This document shows, in pieces, positions 1-8,600 of a DNA stretch of 56,810 nucleotides. The stretch is from a virus (taxonomy: Duplodnaviria; Caudoviricetes): the IMG/VR virus record IMGVR_UViG_3300013093_000003, positions 1 through 56,810 of that record; one strand, given 5' to 3'. Below the pieces are notes generated by a model. The model made no database searches. It was not told where the DNA came from and saw only the letters and a list, made by a program, of their open reading frames with translations. Within the stretch, counting starts at the first letter, position 1. The number at the start of each line of letters is the position of its first letter. The position numbers were made by a program, and so were the translations under genes.

Positions 1-123
1 CCGTCTCGCTTCCTCCTGCTCTTGTCAAAGGGCTCATACCCTTTGAAGGGGTTTGCTTCATCGGCGGGCAGAGCGGCGCGGGCAAAACATTTCTTGTTTG
101 CGATCTGGCAGTCAGTCTGGCCA
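1..123. repeat. Terminal direct repeat of the contig (circular assembly overlap), copy 1
   Basis: Identical to 56688-56810 and lies inside a reading frame that continues across the junction. Confidence 0.95.
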
Positions 124-1187
124 GCGGTGTTGATTTTTTCAGCAAGAAGATAAAGGAAAAGGTCGGGGTCATTATTCTGGCGGGTGAAGGCGCGGCTACG
201 CTCAAGACGCGATTGCGCGCCATTCGCATTTCAAAGGGGCTAGACGAGGCTTCGCTTCCGATTGCGTGGTTGGGTGCCGTTCCGAATTTGGCGGACGCTG
301 CCGAGGTCGCCAAGCTGATTCCGAGGCTTAAGGCGGTGGCCTCTCTCTTTCAGGAACGTTACGGCGTCCGGCTGGGCATGGTTGTTTACGACACGCTCGC
401 GGCGACGTTTTCTCTGAGCGACGAGAACGATAATTCGGAAGCGTCCAAGATCATTCGCATGATGAACCACGTCGGTGCTGCAGTCGGTTGTGTGCAGGTT
501 CCGGTGCATCACTACGGCAAGGGCGCCGAGACAGGGCTGCGGGGGGCGAGTGGGTGGCGCGCAGGCTGTGACGCCGTGTTGTCCGTTACGTGCGACCGCA
601 ATCAGGTGACGGGGGAGACATCGAACCACTATCTGTCCCTGTCGAAAAACCGCGTAGGCGAGGAAGGGCCAATCGGGCCGTTCGAGCTGCGCAAGATAAA
701 CTTGGGCACCGACGAGGACGGAGAAAGCTTCGGGTCGTGCTACGTGGTGCCCGGCGCGCTCTACGAAGACGCAAAGCCTACAGACGACAAAGATAAAGAA
801 CATGACGCTCTGGCAGCTCTGTCTACCGGCGATTGGAAGAAGGATATGCAGGCCGGGGAGCTTTGGGCAGGGCACCCGATTGCGGACGCTTTTGACATGG
901 ATTTGGCCATTTCGTCGAACGAGAAGGCGGTCAAAACGCTTATTAAAGAATGGCTCAAAACAGGCAAATTGACCGAGTATCAGAAGATGAACGAGCACCG
1001 CAAAATGCGTAAATTTGTTCGGTCAACTGTGAAAATAAACGGCGAAAACGACGAAGAAAACGACGAAAACGAGCGTGGACAAGATGTAAAAATACAACTT
1101 GTAAGAAATGACGAAAAACTCGATGATACAAGTCGTATTTTAGCAGGTGACGCAAAGGTGACGCAAGCTAAGTCATTGTTTGATTGA
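1..1187 (+). CDS. 3' part of primase-polymerase/helicase (RepA/AAA_25-type helicase domain); gene starts at 55622
   Basis: Frame from base 3 has Walker A GQSGAGKT, ILAGEG, Walker B VVYDTL, HHYGK and RGASG; in frame with the ORF from 55622. Confidence 0.9.
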   Translation, partial: VSLPPALVKGLIPFEGVCFIGGQSGAGKTFLVCDLAVSLASGVDFFSKKIKEKVGVIILAGEGAATLKTRLRAIRISKGLDEASLPIAWLGAVPNLADAAEVAKLIPRLKAVASLFQERYGVRLGMVVYDTLAATFSLSDENDNSEASKIIRMMNHVGAAVGCVQVPVHHYGKGAETGLRGASGWRAGCDAVLSVTCDRNQVTGETSNHYLSLSKNRVGEEGPIGPFELRKINLGTDEDGESFGSCYVVPGALYEDAKPTDDKDKEHDALAALSTGDWKKDMQAGELWAGHPIADAFDMDLAISSNEKAVKTLIKEWLKTGKLTEYQKMNEHRKMRKFVRSTVKINGENDEENDENERGQDVKIQLVRNDEKLDDTSRILAGDAKVTQAKSLFD

Positions 1188-1308
1188 GGTTTGCGTCACC
1201 TCGAAAAAGGTGACGCAAAGGTGACGCAGCCGGCCCATACAGTTTTGCGTCACCTTTGCGCGTCACCTTCATCCCTAGAAGGATGAAGGTGACGCAAACG
1301 GTGACGCA
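1146..1308. repeat. Cluster of GGTGACGCA repeats with a hairpin; putative replication origin
   Basis: Six forward copies (1146, 1157, 1209, 1220, 1288, 1300) and three reverse (1192, 1246, variant near 1259); 15-bp inverted repeat 1260-1274/1281-1295; AT-rich DNA follows. Confidence 0.6.
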
Positions 1309-1348
1309 GTGTGGGAAACTAGAGTGAAGAATTAAATAAAAATGCTTT

Positions 1349-1361
1349 ATACAAGTTGTAT
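1349..1361. promoter_or_regulatory. Palindromic operator-like site ATACAAGTTGTAT
   Basis: Perfect 6-1-6 palindrome; related copies at 1092, 1126, 5530, 5560, 37945, 37959, 38590. Confidence 0.55.
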
Positions 1362-1604
1362 TTAACGAGGACCTAAAAACCTGTTTGGGTAGGCCAACCC
1401 CCGAACTTTTTAATTTTTAAAAGATGGTTTGGTTTGACCCCTTGGTTCCGAAAAGTCCCCTTGGGGGAAACCAAAAGGCGAAACCGAAATAATTTTGGAA
1501 AATCGCCTTATAAGGGTTTTGAAAAGTAAAACCCACCGAGGCTTTTTCTTGGCGGGTTTTTAAAAAGGCCGATTTCAAAAAACGCATAACGGAATCGGGT
1601 GCGG

Positions 1605-1712
1605 CCGCCCAGCCCAGCGACCGCCCAGAGCCTCGGACAGCGACCGCCCAGCCCAGCGACCGCCCAGCCCAGCGACCGCCCAGCCCAGCGACCGCCCAGA
1701 GCCTCGGACAGC
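1605..1712 (+). repeat. Tandem array of 16-bp and 23-bp units sharing core CCGCCCAG
   Basis: Units CCGCCCAGCCCAGCGA and CCGCCCAGAGCCTCGGACAGCGA in the order 16-23-16-16-16-23(partial). Confidence 0.9.
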
Positions 1713-1716
1713 AGGC

Positions 1717-2265
1717 TCAGGACGTCCGATAGACCGTGCTGCGGCTCACCCCTAGCGTTGCCGCGATCTCGGTCGCGCCCAGCCCCCGCTCCCTCAACTT
1801 GGCGATAGCAGCCAGATCTGTGACAGGTGGCCGCCCTTTGCCGATATATCGGCCCGCGCGCTTTGCCGCCTCTATTCCCTCTCGTTGCCGCTCGGAACGC
1901 AGCGCTGTTTCAAATTCCGCAAAAACCCCCAGCATCGAGAGAAACGCCACACCAGCAGGCGTTGACGCGTCAATCGGCTGTTGCGTCGCTCGCAACGTGA
2001 CGCGTGATTTTTTCAGCTCATCCAGAATATTGGCCAGATCACGGATAGACCGGGCCAGTCGGTCAATGCGTGTTATCCAGAGCTCATCACCCGGCCGTAG
2101 GAATTGTAGCAGCGTGTTTAGTTCCTCGCGGCCCTGTCTCGACGTGCCGCTAATTTTTTCAGATCTGATTATCTCGCAACCGGCAGCCGTCAATTGTGCT
2201 ATTTGCTCATCCAGATTTTGCCCCGTTGACGAGACTCGCGCGTAACCGTATCTCATTTTTACCAC
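1717..2265 (-). CDS. Small serine recombinase (resolvase/invertase family) with C-terminal HTH
   Basis: YGYARVSS catalytic motif, RIDRLARS, FAEFE..LRSERQREGI, HTH IAATLGVSRSTVYR. Confidence 0.95.
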   Translation of the reverse strand: MVKMRYGYARVSSTGQNLDEQIAQLTAAGCEIIRSEKISGTSRQGREELNTLLQFLRPGDELWITRIDRLARSIRDLANILDELKKSRVTLRATQQPIDASTPAGVAFLSMLGVFAEFETALRSERQREGIEAAKRAGRYIGKGRPPVTDLAAIAKLRERGLGATEIAATLGVSRSTVYRTS

Positions 2266-2382
2266 TCCTCGTTTTTAAATTGACTTGTTGCCACCTAGCA
2301 GCCCCGCCAACGGGCAACAGCCGTCACAGGCTAGCACGTATGCAATAGGCCAAGAGCTTGCCGCCCTTGGCCTCCTAATTGA

Positions 2383-2469
2383 TTATTTTGAATCTCGTAT
2401 CGCTTGTATCGTTGCCGCCATTAACCCAATCGGGATCAGCAGCAGCGCGAGCGGCAATAGATAATCCAT
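2383..2469 (-). CDS. Small membrane peptide (28 aa)
   Basis: MDYLLPLALLLIPIGLMAATIQAIRDSK, hydrophobic, follows the upstream ORF with GAGGG RBS; not in ORF track. Confidence 0.45.
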   Translation of the reverse strand: MDYLLPLALLLIPIGLMAATIQAIRDSK

Positions 2470-2479
2470 CGCGCCGCCC

Positions 2480-2626
2480 TCACTGTTGCCTCGCCCAGAT
2501 TGCAGCATCCCGCGCGGACTCAAATGCCATAAACCCGCCATAAACTCGCACCGTCACAGCCGCCCATGGCGCAATTTTGCGCGCGCTTTTACGGCTCTTT
2601 ACAGCCTCTAAAAATAGTTGTCGCAT
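2480..2626 (-). CDS. Hypothetical early protein (48 aa)
   Basis: ATG at 2626 after G-rich RBS; MRQLFLEAVKSRK...; co-oriented with the early cluster. Confidence 0.6.
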   Translation of the reverse strand: MRQLFLEAVKSRKSARKIAPWAAVTVRVYGGFMAFESARDAAIWARQQ

Positions 2627-2943
2627 ATTAACCCCCCTGTTTTTTGCAGTAATGACTCTATCAGGCGCAGCGTTGCCACGGCATCGTCCGGCGCAGCGCA
2701 GCCCAGATGTCCGCCGTTTGCTATCAGCCGCCCCAGCCACGGCGCAGCGCGCGCCAACGCGTCCCGCATATCAGGTGCAGCCGCGATCAGGTCACAGTTG
2801 GCCTCGATCTCGGAATCAGACAGCCCAGCGCTGCAAATTTGCGCGATATGGGTGTTACGGCCCGCAAACACGGTTGCGTGTTTGCGCGTCGGCGAGATAT
2901 TGCGAGACCACGGCCCGCGCGTATGTTTTGGCGTGTTTTTCAT
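2608..2943 (-). CDS. Phage hypothetical protein of the HTPGPW...LIAAAP type
   Basis: KHTRGPW and EANCDLIAAAPDM motifs common in phage early genes; AGGAG RBS. Confidence 0.75.
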   Translation of the reverse strand: MKNTPKHTRGPWSRNISPTRKHATVFAGRNTHIAQICSAGLSDSEIEANCDLIAAAPDMRDALARAAPWLGRLIANGGHLGCAAPDDAVATLRLIESLLQKTGGLICDNYF

Positions 2944-2965
2944 TTTTTAATCTCCTGTTAATTCG

Positions 2966-3565
2966 TTATTTTGTTTCGCCGGTGAATTTTGCCCAGCTCG
3001 GCGCACGTCCGGTCTCATCCCTGTTTTGCCGCACTGGCATGACCACGCCAAACACATCAGGACTATCAAACAATACCAGCGCAGGCTTCTGCCCAGCAGG
3101 ATAGATCGCGAATCCATCGCCGCTCGTTTTGCCCAGCGTTGCCGCCGCTTTGGCCATGACTGCCAAATATTTCGACGCAAACCAGCATTTCTCAACGCTC
3201 AACTCCGAACAATCCGCAGGCACGACTCGGCGCCAGTTTGGAAACGTCCCGTCGATAGGCTCAAACATGGTATTGCCCAGCATCCAGCGGGTGCCTGCCA
3301 TTTTTTCCAGCCCAACCTCGACCTGATTTTTCAACGGTTTAAACGATTTAATAACGTCAAACGGGATAATGATAGCAGCCGCTAACATGTCCGGATTAGC
3401 AATTTCGTGGCGTGCGCCGAGCAGGATATGACCATTCGTTGCCACCATCGTTGCGTGCTCGGTCGAGATCTCGACAAATACACCGGTCAGGTAATATCGG
3501 GCTGCCTCCGTAGATACGGCCAACGATACGGCGCGCAGCATGTCACAATTCAACATAGTTTTCAT
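2966..3565 (-). CDS. Truncated DNA polymerase III beta-clamp-like protein
   Basis: AVSTEAARYYLTGVFVE, MVATNGHILL and PIDGTFPNWRRVVP match the DnaN central-domain motifs; only 199 aa. Confidence 0.75.
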   Translation of the reverse strand: MKTMLNCDMLRAVSLAVSTEAARYYLTGVFVEISTEHATMVATNGHILLGARHEIANPDMLAAAIIIPFDVIKSFKPLKNQVEVGLEKMAGTRWMLGNTMFEPIDGTFPNWRRVVPADCSELSVEKCWFASKYLAVMAKAAATLGKTSGDGFAIYPAGQKPALVLFDSPDVFGVVMPVRQNRDETGRAPSWAKFTGETK

Positions 3566-3642
3566 TTTGTTTTCTCCGGTTTAAAGCAAGCCACCTCGGC
3601 GCTTTTGATTGCGCCCCTCGTGAGAGGCGCAAGATAAAAACG

Positions 3643-4002
3643 TCAAATTGCCCAAAAAACCCTGAACCCGGCAGCGTCAACGCAATCATACCAGTGCCTG
3701 CCACCGTCAATCTCTAACGCGTCCAACAGAGCCGTTGTGTGAGGGAATAACGGAAATTTATCGTTCTCCGGTAAACCGGCACGAATTTTTTTTGCCGCAT
3801 TTGCGACCGCAGCCGTTTGCCGGTCGTAGTTGTAACCGGTCGCAGAGCCTCTAGCACCGTCAATGCCGACGATGCGGAGATACGCGTCAGCGCGATCGTT
3901 GTCCTTGATTGCCACGTCAGCGATGTGCACGCCATCGCGCACAATAACAGCAGCCGACACGTTTCGAAAAGCGGTCCTTTTTTGCGTATAAACATCAGAC
4001 AT
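3643..4002 (-). CDS. Hypothetical early protein
   Basis: ATG 4002 after GAGGG; A.GYNYDRQTAA motif. Confidence 0.65.
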   Translation of the reverse strand: MSDVYTQKRTAFRNVSAAVIVRDGVHIADVAIKDNDRADAYLRIVGIDGARGSATGYNYDRQTAAVANAAKKIRAGLPENDKFPLFPHTTALLDALEIDGGRHWYDCVDAAGFRVFWAI

Positions 4003-4012
4003 TTTGAAACCC

Positions 4013-4108
4013 TCACATAAAAAATGAAATTGCAATAACCGCACCGCAGCCACCAACAGCCGCCAGCATCACGGTAAACGCCACCACGGCGCGCAAATTA
4101 TTCAGCAT
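4013..4108 (-). CDS. Small membrane peptide (31 aa)
   Basis: MLNNLRAVVAFTVMLAAVGGCGAVIAISFFM, hydrophobic. Confidence 0.45.
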   Translation of the reverse strand: MLNNLRAVVAFTVMLAAVGGCGAVIAISFFM

Positions 4109-4400
4109 CGACGTCACCCATATAAAATTCAAAAACCAGTTCCCGGCCCTCATTAGTGTTTTCGTAAATGCTAATAGACTCCCAGCCGGACGCGTCCCGC
4201 GTATATCCAACAATCCAGCGATTTGCGGCCTGATACGAGTCAAACGACTCTAATACGGTTTCGTGGTCACCTAAAATCACGTAACGCATCGCCTCTGCGT
4301 CCGTGCCATAGTGGGCGCGCAATGCGATGCGCAGCACGTCGCAGGATTCGACAGCGGCGATGCGCAGGGTTGTTACTGTTGCGGTTCCGGTGTTAGTCAT
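4098..4400 (-). CDS. Hypothetical early protein
   Basis: ATG with GAGG RBS; first gene of the leftward operon. Confidence 0.6.
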   Translation of the reverse strand: MTNTGTATVTTLRIAAVESCDVLRIALRAHYGTDAEAMRYVILGDHETVLESFDSYQAANRWIVGYTRDASGWESISIYENTNEGRELVFEFYMGDVDAE

Positions 4401-4432
4401 TTTGTTGCCTCGTTGCGTTGTTGATGTGTTTT

Positions 4433-4476
4433 AAAATATACTGTCCCCCGGATATGTCAAACAATCTGTTTGACAT
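4433..4476. promoter_or_regulatory. Divergent promoter region with back-to-back TTGACA in a perfect inverted repeat
   Basis: ATGTCAAACA-ATC-TGTTTGACAT at 4454-4476, between divergent genes 4400(-) and 4511(+). Confidence 0.6.
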
Positions 4477-4510
4477 TTTGAGATTATTTTTGTGCGTGCT
4501 AAAAATAACC

Positions 4511-4975
4511 ATGCAAACAGCCAGACGCCGCCACATCCCGCCATTGCCGATCGAGGACGTGTTAGATCATCCCGTTGCACAGGCGCTCCCGGTTGCCGCC
4601 TACGGGATGCTTATGCGCGTTATCATGATTTATTGGCATAGCGAGTGCAGGCCGTTGCCTAAGCAGGACGTAGCGCTCGCATTGCTCGCAATGGCGCACA
4701 GGCCAACATGGGCGGCGCATAGGACTGATATAAAGGACGTTTTGTCCGATATAACGCCCAAACTTGAGCGCGCGTGGCACACCCGCACGAATCGCAAAAT
4801 CAGGCTAGCAGAGCGCGGACTAGAAGGCGCGTCGGCGCGTCGGCTGGACGCGTTGCGCAAAAAAACAGCGCCAGCCCTCACCATTGGCGAGACAATAACG
4901 ACGCCACGGGTTACGCGTGATAAAGCACCGGCGATGCCAGCAGGTGACGCTAAGGGATTTCGGGACCGAGGCTAG
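4511..4975 (+). CDS. YdaU/DUF1376-like protein
   Basis: AYGMLMRVIMIYW...PLP..D..LA resembles the DUF1376 N-terminus; ATG at 4511. Confidence 0.5.
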   Translation: MQTARRRHIPPLPIEDVLDHPVAQALPVAAYGMLMRVIMIYWHSECRPLPKQDVALALLAMAHRPTWAAHRTDIKDVLSDITPKLERAWHTRTNRKIRLAERGLEGASARRLDALRKKTAPALTIGETITTPRVTRDKAPAMPAGDAKGFRDRG

Positions 4976-5113
4976 CAACAGCCAATCAGCGGCAAAGGTT
5001 CAATATACAATCTGTCTCACGCGTTGAGGTGTTGCGCCTCACGAACAATTTAATTTTAAAAACTCTCAAACCGTGCCAGCAGGAAATGAGGCCAACCGGC
5101 ACGCCGTGACGCC

Positions 5114-5180
5114 CGCCCAGCCGCACCCGCCCAGCCGTTCCACAGTTTAACAGCGCCCAGCCGATGCCAGCGCCCAGCCG
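5114..5180 (+). repeat. Four direct copies of CGCCCAGCCG
   Basis: Copies at 5114, 5128, 5154, 5171; same core and orientation as the 1605-1712 array. Confidence 0.85.
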
Positions 5181-5529
5181 TTGCCCGGTAATGTCGCATA
5201 ACGGCCCCTGCTATTTATGCGACACATTCGGCATTAAAACACACGACAAAGACACACCGCCCGGCGTCCCACCCAGCGTATACCGTAAAGACACAGCGCC
5301 AGCGACGCGGCCCAGCCTGCTAGGGCGCCAGCGGCCCCGCCGGGGCGGATTCGGGCCGGAAAACCGCGTTTTCCAAACCGTTTTGGGCTTTCGGGATTTA
5401 TTTTAAAGTGCCCCACTGCCAAATGCCCCCAGAAAAAATGCCAAATAATATAATTTTTTCAAACACTTAACCGAAACACGTCACCACCTACTCGAACGCC
5501 GCAACAACCGCCGCATAACCGCCGCATAG

Positions 5530-5572
5530 ATACAGCCTGTATTAAGCAACGCCTTAACGATACAACTTGTAT
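5530..5572. promoter_or_regulatory. Two palindromic operator-like sites (ATACAGCCTGTAT, ATACAACTTGTAT)
   Basis: Starts 30 bp apart, upstream of the 5655 gene; same family as the 1349 site. Confidence 0.55.
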
Positions 5573-5654
5573 AAAAATTGCCGCTCAACCCGCCTGTTTC
5601 CCCTTAAATCGAACCGTGCTATGGTGCCTCCAGTCTTAACCACCGGAAACCACC

Positions 5655-8600
5655 ATGCGCTTTATCAAACCGATGATGGCCATAGCAGCGGCCTTAACGC
5701 TGTTCACCCAGCCCCTTCAGGCGCAATCCACGCGGTCGGCTCTGACGACTGTCAACAACGCCGAGTTTAAGTCGTGCGGCAACGGCTGTATTACCGGGCC
5801 GATGGTGAACAGCTTCAATGCCCAGATGCTCGCCAGCACAGGGTTTCTGGCCGATACGAACAACTGGACAGGAACCAACAACTTTCTTGGGCCAATCAGT
5901 TTCGCCACGCTTGGTCTGACAGGGGTTATTAGCTCGGCCTCTCCGACGGGGGCGCTGTCTTACGGGATACTGCCGTATAGTGACGTGAACATTTTTGCGT
6001 CGTTCAATTCGAACGTGAACAGTTATGCGCAGCAGGTCGTTTCCAACTCGAACGCTGGAACGTCGGCGTCGGCGGATTACATTGTCAGCAACAACTTGGG
6101 CACAGCGTCGTCCTATTTTGGCGACTTCGGAATAAACAGCTCCGGGTTCGTTGGTGTCGGCAGCTTGAACTTGCCGAACGCAACGTTCTTGGCCGCGACG
6201 TCTGGCGACTTGTCTTTGGGGACGACCGGTGCAAACGCGGTGCACATAGTGGCCAATGGTTCGGCCACAGATGCGATCACGGTCACGTCGGGGAACGCGG
6301 TCGCGCTTCCGCAACTGACCGGATACGTTTATGCGAACGGGTCGTCGGCTGCGACGGCATCCAGCAACATTCCAGTTGCGGCGTTAAACGGCGGTAGTGG
6401 CGCAAGTTCTACGACATTTTGGCGCGGCGACGGGACATGGGCGACGCCCGCTGGGGGTGGTGGCGGAACGCCGGGCGGCAGTTCGGGTCAGATTCAGTAT
6501 AACAACGCCGGAGCGTTCGGAGGATTTACGGCATCCGGCGATGCGACGATTGTCGCCAGCACCGGTGCGGTGACGCTCTCGACCGTCAACAGCAACGTCG
6601 GTTCGTTCGGGTCTGCAACGGCAGCGCCGACCTTCACGGTCAACGGTAAGGGTTTGTTGACGGCGGCGGGGTCGGTTACGATTGCTCCGCCGTTCTCGGC
6701 TGTGACAGGCCAAACGACTTTGGCGCAGCTTCCGTCGCTTGCCACGAATACGATTTTGGGCAACGGGACGGCTTCGACTGCAACACCGACCGCGCTTGCG
6801 ATTCCGTCGTGCTCGACAGCTTCGAGCGCTTTGACGTGGACGACCAGCACGGGCTTCGGGTGTAACTCGATTTCGGGCGGCGGTAGCGGCACGGTCAACA
6901 GCGGCACGATTGGTCAACTTGCCTACTACGCGTCTACCGGAACGGCGGTAAGCGGCGAGACAACGCTTGCGGCCTCGCAAATGCCTGCGTTGACTGGTGA
7001 TGTGACCAACACGGCTGGGTCTTTGGCGACAACGGTTGGTTCAATCGGCGGTAAAGCGGTGTCGCTGGGCGGCTCGTTTACGACGTCCGGCGCGTTCAAT
7101 ACGACTTTGACAACGACGGGCACAACGACGCTGACGCTGCCGACGTCCGGTACTGTGACGGCGCTGGGCAATACGGTTACGGGCATAGGCTCGATTGTTC
7201 TAAATTCAGGAGCAACTCTTGCGGGGCCGCTTCTGACCAACGCGTCGGCTTCAGGGTTTTTCTCTGCGCCGGGCCTCATAACAACGACCGATCTTGCTTC
7301 GCAAAACGCCAATACTATTTTAGGCAACGGAACGGCTTCGGCTGCAACACCAACCGCATTGGCGGTGCCCTCGTGCGCTGGTGCAACCAATGCTTTGATC
7401 TGGACGAGCGGAACCGGATTCGGGTGCAACACGATCACAGGCAGCGGTTCGGGAACAGTCAGCAGTGGCACAGCGGGGCAGCTTGCCTATTACGCTTCAT
7501 CGGGCACTGTTGTTAGCGGCGAAACAACGCTGGTAGCTTCGCAGATGCCGGCACTGACCGGCGACGTGACCAACACGGCTGGGTCTTTGGCAACAACGGT
7601 CGGTTCGATCGGCGGTAAAGCGGTGTCTCTGGGCGGGAACCTGACGACTTCGGGTGCGTTCAACACAACTTTGACCACAACGGGCACCACCTCGTTAACA
7701 TTGCCGACGTCCGGCACTGTGACGGCGCTGGGCAATACGGTTACGGGTTCGGGCTCGATCGTATTGGCCACGTCTCCGACTTTGACGTCGCCCACGGAAT
7801 CGGGAACGACGGTGACAGGGTCGTTTACAGCAACGGGTCTGGTGACACTGGCCGACCAAGCAACGCAAGCGGCTAACACGGTTACGGGTAACGGAACAGG
7901 GTCAACTGCGTCTCCGACTGCGCTTGCGGTTCCAAGCTGCTCGACGGGCACCAGCGCGTTGACGTGGACAAGCGGAACGGGTTTCGGGTGTAACTCTATC
8001 ACGGGCGGTTCAAGCACCGTCACGAGCGTTCGTCAGTCTGTGCAAAGCGGGCCGGGCGGCGGAACGCCAACCTTCTTACCCGCAACATCGGCGTCTTTGG
8101 CCATTACGTCGCAGAACATATCGACGGGTGCTAACTCGTTTGTCGTTTCATCTGCGGGCGGGTTTGGGTCTTCGGGTAACGTAGATAACGTAGGCGTCAG
8201 CACAGCCAACCTAACGTGGTCAAGCTTAACAGCGTCCACCACAGACTTTTTGGGCGTGACAGTATCGGGCGGCGCGCTGACGACATTAAGCACGGCGTTA
8301 GTGCCAATTTACCAATACGGCGGGACAATCTCGGTCACGTCGGGTCAATACACGTTTGATATTTCGCAAATGAAAATGTTCTTGGGCAACGGCTCAACAG
8401 CATCTGCGGTCAACGTGGTGTTCGTGGGTGAAGCTGTAACAAGCGGGTCTGCGGTTACAAGCACGGTCGCTTATCAGTATCTCGGCTATTACGACAGCGG
8501 GTATATTGCAACACTCCCCGCCGTTTCAACATCTGTAAGCAAGAACTCTAATCTAGGAATAGCCGCGCACAATATAACACTGCACGTAAAAAACATAACA

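Noticed and set aside
1-123. 123-bp end repeat as a biological terminal repeat or att site
   Set aside because: It falls mid-gene in a continuous frame, which is typical of assembler overlap on a circular contig
1605-1712. Repeat array as a CRISPR array
   Set aside because: Units are contiguous with no unique spacers, and there is no cas operon
5164-5422. ORFs 5164-5406, 5234-5422 and 1599-1808
   Set aside because: They are translations of repeat-rich border DNA with no RBS or protein-like composition
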